DNA from: an uncultured Gammaproteobacteria bacterium
GTDB taxonomy: Bacteria; Pseudomonadota; Gammaproteobacteria; Steroidobacterales; BM003
DNA length: 64,000 nt
Reading direction: 5' to 3'
NCBI GenBank assembly: GCA_963783695.1
Contig: CAWAOM010000006.1
Location: 455,641 to 519,640, forward strand
Below, one piece after another: positions 44,201 to 52,797 of this stretch. The notes beneath the pieces were generated by a model. It was given only the letters and a program-made list of their open reading frames with translations, had not been told where the DNA came from and made no database searches. Position numbers and translations under genes: made by a program. The number at the start of each line of letters is the position of its first letter. The stretch's first letter is position 1.

Positions 44201-46893
44201 GCAATGTCATCAAAATGAAGTCCGGTCGTCGGCTCGTCGAAAAGGAACAGCGTCGGCAAGCCCGCGGCCGAGCGGCGTGATTTACCGCGCCCGCCGGCTA
44301 AATGGGCCGCGAGCTTCAGACGCTGCGCTTCACCGCCGGATAGAGTCGGTACGGGTTGCCCGAGCCGCAGATAATCCAGTCCAACCGCAGCCAGTGGCTC
44401 AAGGCGTCGCCTTACCTCTGCATCATGGCCGAAATAGGTAATTGCTTCCGCCACGGTCAGCTCGAGCACGTCCGCCACCGACAATGCACGCCGCGCCACC
44501 ATGGCATCCTCATGCAGCGGCGGCACCAGTGTTACGTCGAGCACTTCCGGCCGATAGCGCCGCCCGTTGCAATCGGCGCAACGCAGGTACACATCGGACA
44601 GAAACTGCATTTCCACGTGTTCGAAACCGTTGCCGCCGCACGCCGGACAGCGGCCGTCGCCGGTATTGAAACTAAACGTCCCAGCGGTATATCCACGTTC
44701 CCTAGACAGCGGCTCTGCGGCAAACGCTTTGCGAATTGCAGCGAATGCGCCGACGAAACTCGCCGGGTTCGAGCGTGTCGTTTTGCCGATGGGAGACTGA
44801 TCGACCATCACCACATCGCCAACATGATCCATCCCGCGCAATTCGCGATGAGCGCCGGATGGATCTTGCGGCTTGCCCAGTTTTTCCAGTGCGGCGCGAT
44901 ACACCACATCCTGCACGAGCGTCGATTTTCCCGAACCGCTTACGCCGGTAACGCAAACCAGTCCATGCAATGGAAACTCGACGTCCACGTTCTTGAGATT
45001 GTTCTCGGCGGCAGCGGCTACCCGCAGTCGCGGCGTGCGATTGTCGACTGCCACGCGTGCTCTGACGCCACGATCAACGACCCGTTCGCTGCGCAAGAAC
45101 CTGGCGGTCGGCGACACGTCGGACTCGAGCAGCGCCTGGGGCGTACCGAAAAACACGATTTCGCCACCGCGTTCGCCCGGCCCCGGGCCCATGTCGAGAA
45201 TCCTGTCTGCGGCCACCATAATCTGCGGATCATGCTCCACGACGAGCAGCGTGTTTCCGGCATCGCGCAGGCGCGTAAGGATGCCGACAATCCGTTCGAC
45301 ATCGCGCGGATGCAGACCGATACTCGGCTCGTCGAGCACGAACAGCGTATTGACCAGCGAAGTGCCCAACGCGGTGGTCAGATTGATGCGCTGGACCTCG
45401 CCTCCGGACAGCGTCCGTGACTGGCGATCAAGCGTCAGATAACCGACACCGACCTCCTCGAGATACTGCAGACGAATACGAATCTCCGCGAGCAGACGCG
45501 CCACCGCCTCGTCCATCGGTGGCGGCAATTCGAGTCCAGCGAAAAAACGCCGACAGCGTTCGATCGGCAGGCACATCACATCATGGACATTCAGCCCTGG
45601 AAGAGAATCGAAACGGCGCGGTTTGATCGCTACGCCTTGCGGCCGGAATCGCCGCGCCGGCGCAAGGCAGGTATCAGCATCGCCGCGACTGCCGAGGCGC
45701 CACAACAGACTATCGGTTTTCAGACGGGCCCCGGCACATCCCGCGCAGACGTTGTAGGCCCGGTATTTGGATAGCAGCACCCGAATGTGCATCTTGTAGG
45801 ACTTGGTTTCGAGCCAGGCGAAAAAACGCCGGACGCCATAGAACTTGCCGTCCTCCCAACTGCCCTCGCCCTCCAGTACCCATTGCCGATGGCGTTCGTC
45901 CAGCTCCGACCATGGCCGGTCGGCAGGTATGCTGCGCAGACGCGCAAACCGGATCAGGTCGTCCTGGCACTCGCGGTAGCTCTTTGATTGCCACGGCCTG
46001 ACCGCACCCTCGGCGAGGCTCAGCGATCCATCCGGCACGACCAGGCGGAAATCGATGTCCATGCTGCGACCAAAACCGCGGCACTCCTCGCAGGCACCAA
46101 GCGGGGAGTTGAACGAAAAGCGGTTGGACAAGGGGTCATCGTAATGGATATCGCAGGCGGCGCAGTGCAGATCGGCGGAGAAGCGGATCGTTTGCAGCGG
46201 CGGGTCCAGCAGCGCCACTTCGATCCGGCCGGAACCGTGTTGCAGTGCCGCCTCGACCGCTTCGAGCAGACGCTCACGATTGCGTTTTTCGAGCCGCAGC
46301 CGATCCTGCACGACCTGCAGCCGATCCGCAGCCAGCTTATCGACCCGAACGTAACCCTGCTGGGCAAGGTAGGCGCGAATCTCCGCCTCGGTGAAATTAT
46401 CCGGAATAGCGACGTCGAACGTTACACTCGCGCGAACGCCCCGTCCGTCACCGGACTTTGCTGTTCGCATCAGCGCGCGGACGATCCGTTGCGGATCATC
46501 CCGCACCACCTCGGTACCGCAGTCGCGACAAAACAGCCGTGCCGCACGGGCAAACAAAAGCTTGATGTGATCGTTGAGTTCGGTCATTGTCCCGACCGTC
46601 GAGCGCGAGGTCCGGACAGGATTCGTCTGATCTATGGCTATGGCCGGCGGGATCCCGTCGACACGTTCGGCACGCGGCTTGTCCATACGATCGAGAAACT
46701 GCCGCGCATAGGGCGAGAAGGTCTCGACATAACGGCGCTGCCCTTCCGCATAAACCGTGTCGAACGCCAGCGACGATTTGCCCGAACCGCTGACCCCGGT
46801 GACGACGATCAGCTCATTGAGGGGCAGATCGATGTCGAGATTGCGCAGATTGTTCTGCGCAGCGCCCCTGATTGATATGCAGTGGTTTGACAC
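41287..46893 (-). CDS. Tandem-fused double UvrA-like ABC ATPase (1868 aa; two complete UvrA units in one ORF)
   Basis: It has four Walker A motifs (GVSGSGKS at aa 33, 650, 1027 and 1546) and four LSGGE signatures (aa 495, 851, 1390 and 1740). Cys-pair zinc modules occur in both units. Unit 2 begins at aa ~999 with a typical UvrA N-terminus (MISVRNAREHNLKNVDLDIPRD). Confidence 0.9.
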   Translation of the reverse strand: MSNHCISIRGAAQNNLRNLDIDLPLNELIVVTGVSGSGKSSLAFDTVYAEGQRRYVETFSPYARQFLDRMDKPRAERVDGIPPAIAIDQTNPVRTSRSTVGTMTELNDHIKLLFARAARLFCRDCGTEVVRDDPQRIVRALMRTAKSGDGRGVRASVTFDVAIPDNFTEAEIRAYLAQQGYVRVDKLAADRLQVVQDRLRLEKRNRERLLEAVEAALQHGSGRIEVALLDPPLQTIRFSADLHCAACDIHYDDPLSNRFSFNSPLGACEECRGFGRSMDIDFRLVVPDGSLSLAEGAVRPWQSKSYRECQDDLIRFARLRSIPADRPWSELDERHRQWVLEGEGSWEDGKFYGVRRFFAWLETKSYKMHIRVLLSKYRAYNVCAGCAGARLKTDSLLWRLGSRGDADTCLAPARRFRPQGVAIKPRRFDSLPGLNVHDVMCLPIERCRRFFAGLELPPPMDEAVARLLAEIRIRLQYLEEVGVGYLTLDRQSRTLSGGEVQRINLTTALGTSLVNTLFVLDEPSIGLHPRDVERIVGILTRLRDAGNTLLVVEHDPQIMVAADRILDMGPGPGERGGEIVFFGTPQALLESDVSPTARFLRSERVVDRGVRARVAVDNRTPRLRVAAAAENNLKNVDVEFPLHGLVCVTGVSGSGKSTLVQDVVYRAALEKLGKPQDPSGAHRELRGMDHVGDVVMVDQSPIGKTTRSNPASFVGAFAAIRKAFAAEPLSRERGYTAGTFSFNTGDGRCPACGGNGFEHVEMQFLSDVYLRCADCNGRRYRPEVLDVTLVPPLHEDAMVARRALSVADVLELTVAEAITYFGHDAEVRRRLEPLAAVGLDYLRLGQPVPTLSGGEAQRLKLAAHLAGGRGKSRRSAAGLPTLFLFDEPTTGLHFDDIARLLWAFDQLLDDGHAIVVIEHNLDVIGAADWVIDLGPEGGEGGGELVFAGTVADLLDCAASQTGRALAAYRISQQELADRARLPRSVAEAATAYSADRNAMISVRNAREHNLKNVDLDIPRDGFTVITGVSGSGKSTVAFDILFAEGQRRYLESLNAYARQFVQPASRPDVDAITGIPPTVAIEQRTSRGGRKSTVATLTEIYHFLRLMFVKLGTQYCPDCDLPIEPQTRDQIRAGILRKYRGRKVRVLAPLVVARKGYYTDLARWAESRGYAELRVDGDMVPVQPWPRLDRFREHDIELPVGEVDVTPGNDARLGALLDAALQIGKGNVLVCAASGRRKADNLFSINRSCPGCASSFAEPDPRLFSFNSRHGWCPACFGTGLQLQDFDAEQSGEENMWLSDEAGTEHAVCSVCDGARLNREARAIRYQDVSITEMTALSVAQAERRFARLRLAARDREIARDILAELRTRLKFLNQVGLGYLGLDRAAPTLSGGEAQRIRLAAQLGSNLRGVCYILDEPTIGLHTRDNRRLLDALERLARKGNTVVVVEHDEDTIRRARHVIDLGPGAGVRGGEVVAAGTIEELLRDPDSVTGRMMAAPLRHPLRGTRREINGDNAATGLTIVAASLHNLSDVDVRFPLAALVCVTGVSGSGKSTLVRDVLHRNVRGLLARKAKSGRKPKLAGCRAIEGWNGLGRILEVDQTPIGKTPRSCPATYVGIWDEVRRLFARTEEARLRGYSPGRFSFNVSGGRCSACEGQGVKRIEMSFLPDVRVGCEVCRGARFAAETLEVVFRGRNIGEVLAMSVDEAVEFFAVHPKVSHALQLMKDVGLGYLTLGQPSPTLSGGEAQRIKLVTELAKARPELPGPRGRRSKPCLYVLDEPTVGLHMADVEKLITVLHRLVDAGNSVVVIEHNLDVVAEADWVLDLGPEGGADGGRIVASGTPEQVAKTRSGSHTAKALRRFLRSRRKAG

Positions 46894-47052
46894 GTGAGCG
46901 GGTTCGCTATGGCATGGTCAGGTGGATGCATCGTTTAGTGTTCGCCGCGCCATCGACCCCCGGGCGAACCCGGCAGCAGCCAGGCTGCGCCTCATCCGGT
47001 TGCAGCGAGCCCTGTTGCGCGCGGCCGCAAAGCAAGATTTCTCTGCCCTGGC

Positions 47053-48906
47053 CTAACCGCCGCGGCAGCCAAGCCAGCGGTCACGCCGCGCAACCGCTGC
47101 CGGGTCGCCATCCTCGCAGGTCAGAAAAACCACGTTGGCGGCAGCGGGCTGTAGTTCGACATCGAACGCAAGTAGCTGATCGCGGCGAAATATCATGACC
47201 GGCACGCGTTCACCGGGGTCGAAGGGTCTGAGCAACTCCGCAATATTCGCGGCCGTTACCCGCAGACCATCGATGGCGACCAGTTCATCTCCTGCCGCCA
47301 ATCCGGCTCGACATGCTGCACCGTCTTCGCTGATCTGACGCAGCAGGACCTTATCCGGCTTTAGCTCCAACGCGACGCCCAGTGCAACGTTGGGGCCGGG
47401 CGACCTCGCATCCGGCTTGCCGCCAAGGTCACCGGGACCGGTCGAGTGACGCCGCCCGCTACTTACCGCGAACTGCACGAGCAACTCCTCGAGCGGCAGA
47501 TCTCCGGTGCCACGGATCGCCTCGTCAAAAAACTCATCCATTGCGAGACCGGTTACCTCGCCCACCAGCTTCTCGAAACCGTCCTCGGGCATGCCCGCGC
47601 CGGCAACACCGTAGCGCTGCCATGCCGCGCGCATCACATCATCGAGCGAAAAACGCTCCTCGCTGTGTAGCCGAATACGGAGATCCAACGCGAGCGCCAC
47701 CAGCGAACCCTTGGCGTAATAACTGACGATTGCGTTCGGCGCGTTCTCATCCTGCTTGTAGAACCGCGTCCACGCGTCGAAACTCGACTCCGCCAGGCTC
47801 TGTTTGAGACGTCCGCTGCCGCCAATCACCCGGGTGACCGTCTGCCCCAGCAGCTCAAGATAACTGGCCGGGGCGATGAGCCTGCTACGCACCAGCGCCA
47901 GGTCATCGTAATAAGAGGTGATCCCTTCGAACACCCACAGCAGCGAAGTGTAACTTTCGTGCGCGAGCTCGTAGGGCGTGAATGCTTCGGGCTTGATCCG
48001 CTTGATATTCCACAGATGGAAATACTCGTGGCTTGCCAGCCCCAGAAAGCGGCGATAGGCATCGCTCACGGCCGCGCTTCCCGGCAATGGCAAATCGCTG
48101 CGACTGCACAACAGGCTGGTCGAGTCACGATGCTCGAGACCCCCGTAGCCATTGCCAAGCGCGGTCACCTGAAACAGATAGCGGCCCATCGGCGGCTCGC
48201 CACCGAAAAGATCGATATGGGTCTGACACAGCTGCGCGAGATCGGCGCAGAGCCGCTCCAGGTCGGCGTAATGATGACCCGTAATTGCAATCTGGTGCTC
48301 GACGCCGCCGGCGCTGAAACTGGCCAACGTAAAATCACCGATCTCGACCGGGTGATCGATCAACTCATCATAGTTTGCGGCGTGGTAGCGACCGAAGCCG
48401 CTGCCGTCGACATTCTCCGCGCGCATCGCCGTTGCCACGCGCCAGTGACTAAACTCGTCGTTCGCCGGAGCATCAATATCGACGACGCAACCCGCTTCTG
48501 CATGCCCCACGGCACGCAGGAATAGTGCTGCCCCGTTGAAGTAAGCATGAGTCGTATCGTAGTGGGCCCCGCGCACCGACAGGTCGTTGGCGTAGACCTC
48601 GTATTCGATTTCCAGCGGTCCGTCGCACGGCCCACAGACCCAGGTCGACTTGTCGCGTTTCCGGACATCGACCGCGATGTCGGCGCACCGTGCCCGGAAC
48701 GAAATGATATGCCGGGCAAAGTCGCGTATCAGGTAACTGCCGGGTATCCAGTTTGGCAGGTCGAACGCCTGACCCGCCGGATCGGGTTCGGCCACCAGGC
48801 AACGCACATGCAACACGTGACGCCCGGGCTGTAATGGGCGGACCGCATAACTTATTGACGCAGCCACGCTCACGACGGCGGCTCCGAAAGCCGCAGCGTC
48901 AGACAC
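47053..48906 (-). CDS. M61-family (glycyl aminopeptidase-type) metallopeptidase with C-terminal PDZ domain
   Basis: 617-aa ORF with HEYFHLWNIKRIKP (HExxH) and a PDZ-like region GLAAGDELVAIDGLRV. The start may instead be the GTG at 48873, giving a GTGA overlap with the upstream gene's stop. Confidence 0.88.
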   Translation of the reverse strand: MSDAAAFGAAVVSVAASISYAVRPLQPGRHVLHVRCLVAEPDPAGQAFDLPNWIPGSYLIRDFARHIISFRARCADIAVDVRKRDKSTWVCGPCDGPLEIEYEVYANDLSVRGAHYDTTHAYFNGAALFLRAVGHAEAGCVVDIDAPANDEFSHWRVATAMRAENVDGSGFGRYHAANYDELIDHPVEIGDFTLASFSAGGVEHQIAITGHHYADLERLCADLAQLCQTHIDLFGGEPPMGRYLFQVTALGNGYGGLEHRDSTSLLCSRSDLPLPGSAAVSDAYRRFLGLASHEYFHLWNIKRIKPEAFTPYELAHESYTSLLWVFEGITSYYDDLALVRSRLIAPASYLELLGQTVTRVIGGSGRLKQSLAESSFDAWTRFYKQDENAPNAIVSYYAKGSLVALALDLRIRLHSEERFSLDDVMRAAWQRYGVAGAGMPEDGFEKLVGEVTGLAMDEFFDEAIRGTGDLPLEELLVQFAVSSGRRHSTGPGDLGGKPDARSPGPNVALGVALELKPDKVLLRQISEDGAACRAGLAAGDELVAIDGLRVTAANIAELLRPFDPGERVPVMIFRRDQLLAFDVELQPAAANVVFLTCEDGDPAAVARRDRWLGCRGG

Positions 48907-49697
48907 TTTGCCGAGCCACCGGCCTTGATGAACTCCGACAGCGGCGTCTGGTGAACGACAAAGCCCAGCGATTCGAGGCGGCCGCGCAACTCACCGGACA
49001 TCCGGTTGACGAAAATATGCTTGCCGATGTTCACCGCGTTGCAGGCAAAATTACCGGCATCGGCGGTATCGCAGACGATCCGGCGCCGCGGCGGAATGCG
49101 TTTTTCGATCTCCAGCCGGGATTCATAATCGAATGCCGGCGGATGCCACAACAGGTAACCGGCCACCAAAGGACAGAAACAGGTATCGATGTGATAGAAG
49201 CGCGAATCGGTCAGCCTGATCGAAACGAGCTCGTGATCACTGAACCACTTGTGCAAATGCTCATGAGCCTCGATTTCGGTGCGAAAACCATGCCCGACCC
49301 ACAGCCATGGACCGCCGCGATCGAACAGCGAATCTCCGGCGCCCTCGAACCCAACATCGTCGGGCAGGTCGTATAAATCGAACCCGTTGTCGGCAAACCA
49401 CTTCTTGAAGTGGGCCTCCTCGGCCCGTCGTTCCAGCGGCAAAAAGTGACTGGCAATCGCCTTGTTGCCCCACACAGTTCCTGCATTCGCAGTAAACACC
49501 ATGTCGGGAAGGTCGGGCTGCGGGTCTATGGTTACGACCTCAGCCACCTCCTCGATTCCGGCTTTCAGAGCCAACCATTGTTCTTTTGCCAGCTCAAGCG
49601 ACAGATTTCCCTCCATGCCGTCCATCCATGGATTGATTACATAATCGACGGTGTAAAAATCCGGCGGGCACATCAATATCCGGTCACGCTCGTTCAT
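48870..49697 (-). CDS. Amidinotransferase-fold (guanidino-group-modifying) enzyme, DDAH / arginine-deiminase-type
   Basis: The ORF at 49796 was trimmed to MNERDRILMCPPDFYTVDYVINPWM. It has the YHIDTCF motif and a C-terminal GGSAKCLTL (catalytic Cys context). Confidence 0.8.
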   Translation of the reverse strand: MNERDRILMCPPDFYTVDYVINPWMDGMEGNLSLELAKEQWLALKAGIEEVAEVVTIDPQPDLPDMVFTANAGTVWGNKAIASHFLPLERRAEEAHFKKWFADNGFDLYDLPDDVGFEGAGDSLFDRGGPWLWVGHGFRTEIEAHEHLHKWFSDHELVSIRLTDSRFYHIDTCFCPLVAGYLLWHPPAFDYESRLEIEKRIPPRRRIVCDTADAGNFACNAVNIGKHIFVNRMSGELRGRLESLGFVVHQTPLSEFIKAGGSAKCLTLRLSEPPS

Positions 49698-49948
49698 TTT
49701 TCTCCCCATACCTGTACGGAGCGCCTGCGCTGCACCGGTCCGCCATGGCGAACGCCGGCACCACGAACACGGCTGGCAAATCCCATCCTTGCGCACCTGG
49801 CGAAGGACACGTAATGCGCACCGGGGAAAGGCCTGTCCGTAAACTCAAAAAGACTTTCGGCTGTTGGCGGCAGGCGCCACGGACAATGATTGCACCGCTT
49901 CGGCTGATGTCCGGCAACATCCGGAAAAGAACGCAATTGTAACGACTA

Positions 49949-50905
49949 TCAGCCCCCGGCGGTGGGCAAAAATATTTCCGCGACCATGCAGCGTACGCTT
50001 CCGCCGGCGCTGCGCTCTATATGTTCGACCGGCGCGGTCACGATCTGCGCATACGATTCCAGAGTGCGCACTTGCTCCGCATCCAAACTCTGACGCGCCT
50101 GAGCGGACATCAGCAGCAGCTCACGATCCTCGCCACTCCTGAGCTCAAGCATGTTTCCGGCAAACCGGGCAACCTGATTACGGCTGATTGCGACAATCTC
50201 ATGACCCGAACTACCCAGCCGCCTAAGGACGGCTTTGCGCTGTTGCGCGGTGGCGATAGCATCGACGCATATCACGGCGAAGCGCGTGCCAATACACATC
50301 ATTACATTGGTGTGATAGATCGGCCGCCCCGAGCGACCGACAGCATCGAATGCAACGACATCGAAATTCATTCGCTGACCAAATTCCGCCAGCACATCCA
50401 GATGCGTTCGCGAGGACAGGCAGGCATAGGCAACGCGATTGCTGCGGTCGAGAACCATACTTCCGGTGCTCTCGAGATAACGACCGTCGCGCTCATGATA
50501 GGAGAGATCAACAATATCGCTGATCCGGTAACCCCCCTCATTGCTAAGCGCCTCGATAATGTCCATGCGCCGCTCGCGCCGGCGATTCTCCGCTTCCATC
50601 GGATAGAGGACAACCGTGCCATCCGCATGAAAGCTGACCCAGTTATTCGGGAATATCGCATCGGGCGTGTGCGGCTGCGCCGTGTCGTCATAAACAATGA
50701 CTTTTACCCCGGCGGCGGTTAGCGCCGTGACGAGGCCATTAAACTCGGCGAGCGCTGCCTCCTGCTCCTGTGCCGGAGCGAGGTCGAGTTGCACCGCCTG
50801 AAATGCATTGGAGGAAAGTGTCTGCGGATTGCGCTGAAACCGCTCCGGCCTGACCATCACCACGGTATTTGTTGTCTGTCGCCAATTCGTATCGGTCGCG
50901 CTCAT
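49949..50905 (-). CDS. Second amidinotransferase-fold enzyme (arginine-deiminase-related / CtlX-like)
   Basis: 318-aa ORF with TVVMVRPERFQRNPQT, IYHTNVMM and a C-terminal GGSVRCMVAEIF (catalytic Cys context). Confidence 0.75.
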   Translation of the reverse strand: MSATDTNWRQTTNTVVMVRPERFQRNPQTLSSNAFQAVQLDLAPAQEQEAALAEFNGLVTALTAAGVKVIVYDDTAQPHTPDAIFPNNWVSFHADGTVVLYPMEAENRRRERRMDIIEALSNEGGYRISDIVDLSYHERDGRYLESTGSMVLDRSNRVAYACLSSRTHLDVLAEFGQRMNFDVVAFDAVGRSGRPIYHTNVMMCIGTRFAVICVDAIATAQQRKAVLRRLGSSGHEIVAISRNQVARFAGNMLELRSGEDRELLLMSAQARQSLDAEQVRTLESYAQIVTAPVEHIERSAGGSVRCMVAEIFLPTAGG

Positions 50906-50960
50906 CGCTGATCATCACTGCAGTGTCGGGGCGGGAATTGTACTCCTCGAAGCCCGGCAT

Positions 50961-50989
50961 AAAAAAAGGCCCGGGTCGCAACCCGGGCC
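50961..50989 (-). terminator. Rho-independent terminator after the DUF4397 lipoprotein gene
   Basis: Minus strand reads GGCCCGGGU-UGCG-ACCCGGGCC followed by UUUUUUU. Confidence 0.65.
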
Positions 50990-51036
50990 GTAACTGCCCG
51001 AATATCGCTCCGGGCACTGTGGACATGCATGTCCGT

Positions 51037-52605
51037 TCAGGTGGTGCAGGCGGCTACTGCCGTCTGGTCGATGACGAGGAGCTGCGGCAGCGGACCTTCG
51101 CTACCATCGGTTTGCGGGTCGCGCGCGATGACATCGAGCACTTCACCGCCGACCAGACCCAGGTCCTGCACTTCGATTGCTACCACCGATTTGTCACCGG
51201 CCGGCGTCACATAGACGTCGTAGGTAGCCGGGGCAATCGACAGGATGCCGGTATCGCCGGTAAACGGTACTGCTGCAAAGTCGGGGCTGACATCGGGATC
51301 ATTGAGATCGGCACCATCGAGCAACAGGTAGATGTCGACCGGACCGGTACTCGGCGAACCGTGCGTGATCCTCAGTTTTGATTCGGTCACGATGCTACGC
51401 GAGCTGTTGACCAGCGGCAGCGCCTGGATCTCCGGTGTGCTGGTCGCGAACCCGGTCACGATCGCAGTCAGTTCGTCGCCCTCCGTTACGGACAACGGGA
51501 ACTGCAGCGCGACCGACGAAGGGTCCCCGGCGACCGTTACGCTGATCGTGTAATCACCCGGGGCCGGCACGGCACCGATTTCACAGAGTTGGGTGAACTC
51601 GACGTTGCTCGCCAGCGTAATGGCATCGTTCTCGGCAGTACTCTGGTCATCCGCCAGGATATCCACCGCCGGCGCATCGGGTGAGGCATGGACGGCAACC
51701 ACCGCAGCCGGTGTGGCCGCGTCAAAAATTACCGCGCTGCCGGTTCCGTCGAGCGCCACCAGCTGAATCGGCGTGGCCCCCGGCCCGGTGTTCTCTACAG
51801 CGGCAATCAACAGATCGCTCCCTGCGGCGAGATCTGCAGCGCCGGAATCGTAGACCACGGTCTGCGGATCTCCAGCGAGGGTTACGCGCACCTGGTAGGT
51901 ACCGGCCGGGACCTCCACCTGACCGGTGTAGTCCTGGTAGGCCAGCGGTTCATCGTTGATCGGCGTGCTCGCCGACAGGTCGGCGTCAGGCGCGGTAACG
52001 TAGACATCGACCGGCGGAGCGTCAGGAGCTGCATGGAGGACCTGGGCACGGATGTTTCCCTCGAAAACCTCGGTGGTCGGGTTCACAATCAAAAATGCAG
52101 CAATCGGATCGGCAACGTTGCCGATGGCGACGACGTTGTAGTCGTTGCGATATTCGAGATCAACGGTTTCGTCGATAACGACAGGATCATCGCCGGGAAC
52201 GATCGCCTCGACCTGAATCCGATACTGGTCCGGGTCGAGAACGAGGAAGCCAGATCCCTGAGTGTAGTCAACATTGGTCAGCGCCGGGACCCCGTCCACG
52301 AGGATATTGACCGGTGGCGCATCGGGAGAGGCATGCAGTGCACGCAACTGCGGCGCCGTGGCGCAGTCGAGGAATGTCGTGTTGTCGACTTCGTCGGGAT
52401 CGAGAATGCCGTTGCGGTTCGCATCGAGACCACTCTCGAAAACGAGGCCACCACCCGGGCAGTTCGCGTCGCCCATCGGCAACTCGCGGGTGTTGACCAG
52501 CGAATTCAGGCCATCGCTTCCGTCGTTACCATCATCGCCGTCATCGCAGGCGCTGAGAAAAACAGCAGATGCCAGGACTGGAAGTATTAGACGATTTTTA
52601 TACAC
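51037..52605 (-). CDS. Lipoprotein with four DUF4397-type repeats and an Asp/Gly-rich N-terminal module
   Basis: 522-aa ORF with the lipobox FLSAC. Four repeats each open with an HxSPDAPxVD-like motif: LHASPDAPPVNILV, LHAAPDAPPVDVYV, VHASPDAPAVDILA and THGSPSTGPVDIYL. Confidence 0.7.
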   Translation of the reverse strand: MYKNRLILPVLASAVFLSACDDGDDGNDGSDGLNSLVNTRELPMGDANCPGGGLVFESGLDANRNGILDPDEVDNTTFLDCATAPQLRALHASPDAPPVNILVDGVPALTNVDYTQGSGFLVLDPDQYRIQVEAIVPGDDPVVIDETVDLEYRNDYNVVAIGNVADPIAAFLIVNPTTEVFEGNIRAQVLHAAPDAPPVDVYVTAPDADLSASTPINDEPLAYQDYTGQVEVPAGTYQVRVTLAGDPQTVVYDSGAADLAAGSDLLIAAVENTGPGATPIQLVALDGTGSAVIFDAATPAAVVAVHASPDAPAVDILADDQSTAENDAITLASNVEFTQLCEIGAVPAPGDYTISVTVAGDPSSVALQFPLSVTEGDELTAIVTGFATSTPEIQALPLVNSSRSIVTESKLRITHGSPSTGPVDIYLLLDGADLNDPDVSPDFAAVPFTGDTGILSIAPATYDVYVTPAGDKSVVAIEVQDLGLVGGEVLDVIARDPQTDGSEGPLPQLLVIDQTAVAACTT

Positions 52606-52797
52606 TTTTTACTCCTTGCATAGACAAAATTATGTCAGTTGGCTCTCTTTTCGCGCTGCCCGCAGAAATGGATGCGAAATTGACTGAATCGGCGATTATC
52701 TGCAGCCGGCCCGCCGTGAGCGGGTTATTCGCGCGGCAGTTCGGCGTTACCATTGCCAAATCGCGCCGCCGCAGGCTGCCCGAAACGGAGATAACGA

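Noticed and set aside
41284-46875. Series of plus-strand ORFs (41284-42321, 42976-43605, 44356-45420, 45988-46875) antisense to the double uvrA.
   Set aside because: This is the same GC-rich antisense artefact. The minus strand carries four complete ABC ATPase motif sets in a single frame.
51021-51034. Perfect 14-bp palindrome GGACATGCATGTCC just after the DUF4397 gene stop.
   Set aside because: It is too short and isolated to call an operator or a repeat family. A proper terminator lies 30 nt further on, and I did not notice a second copy in the window.
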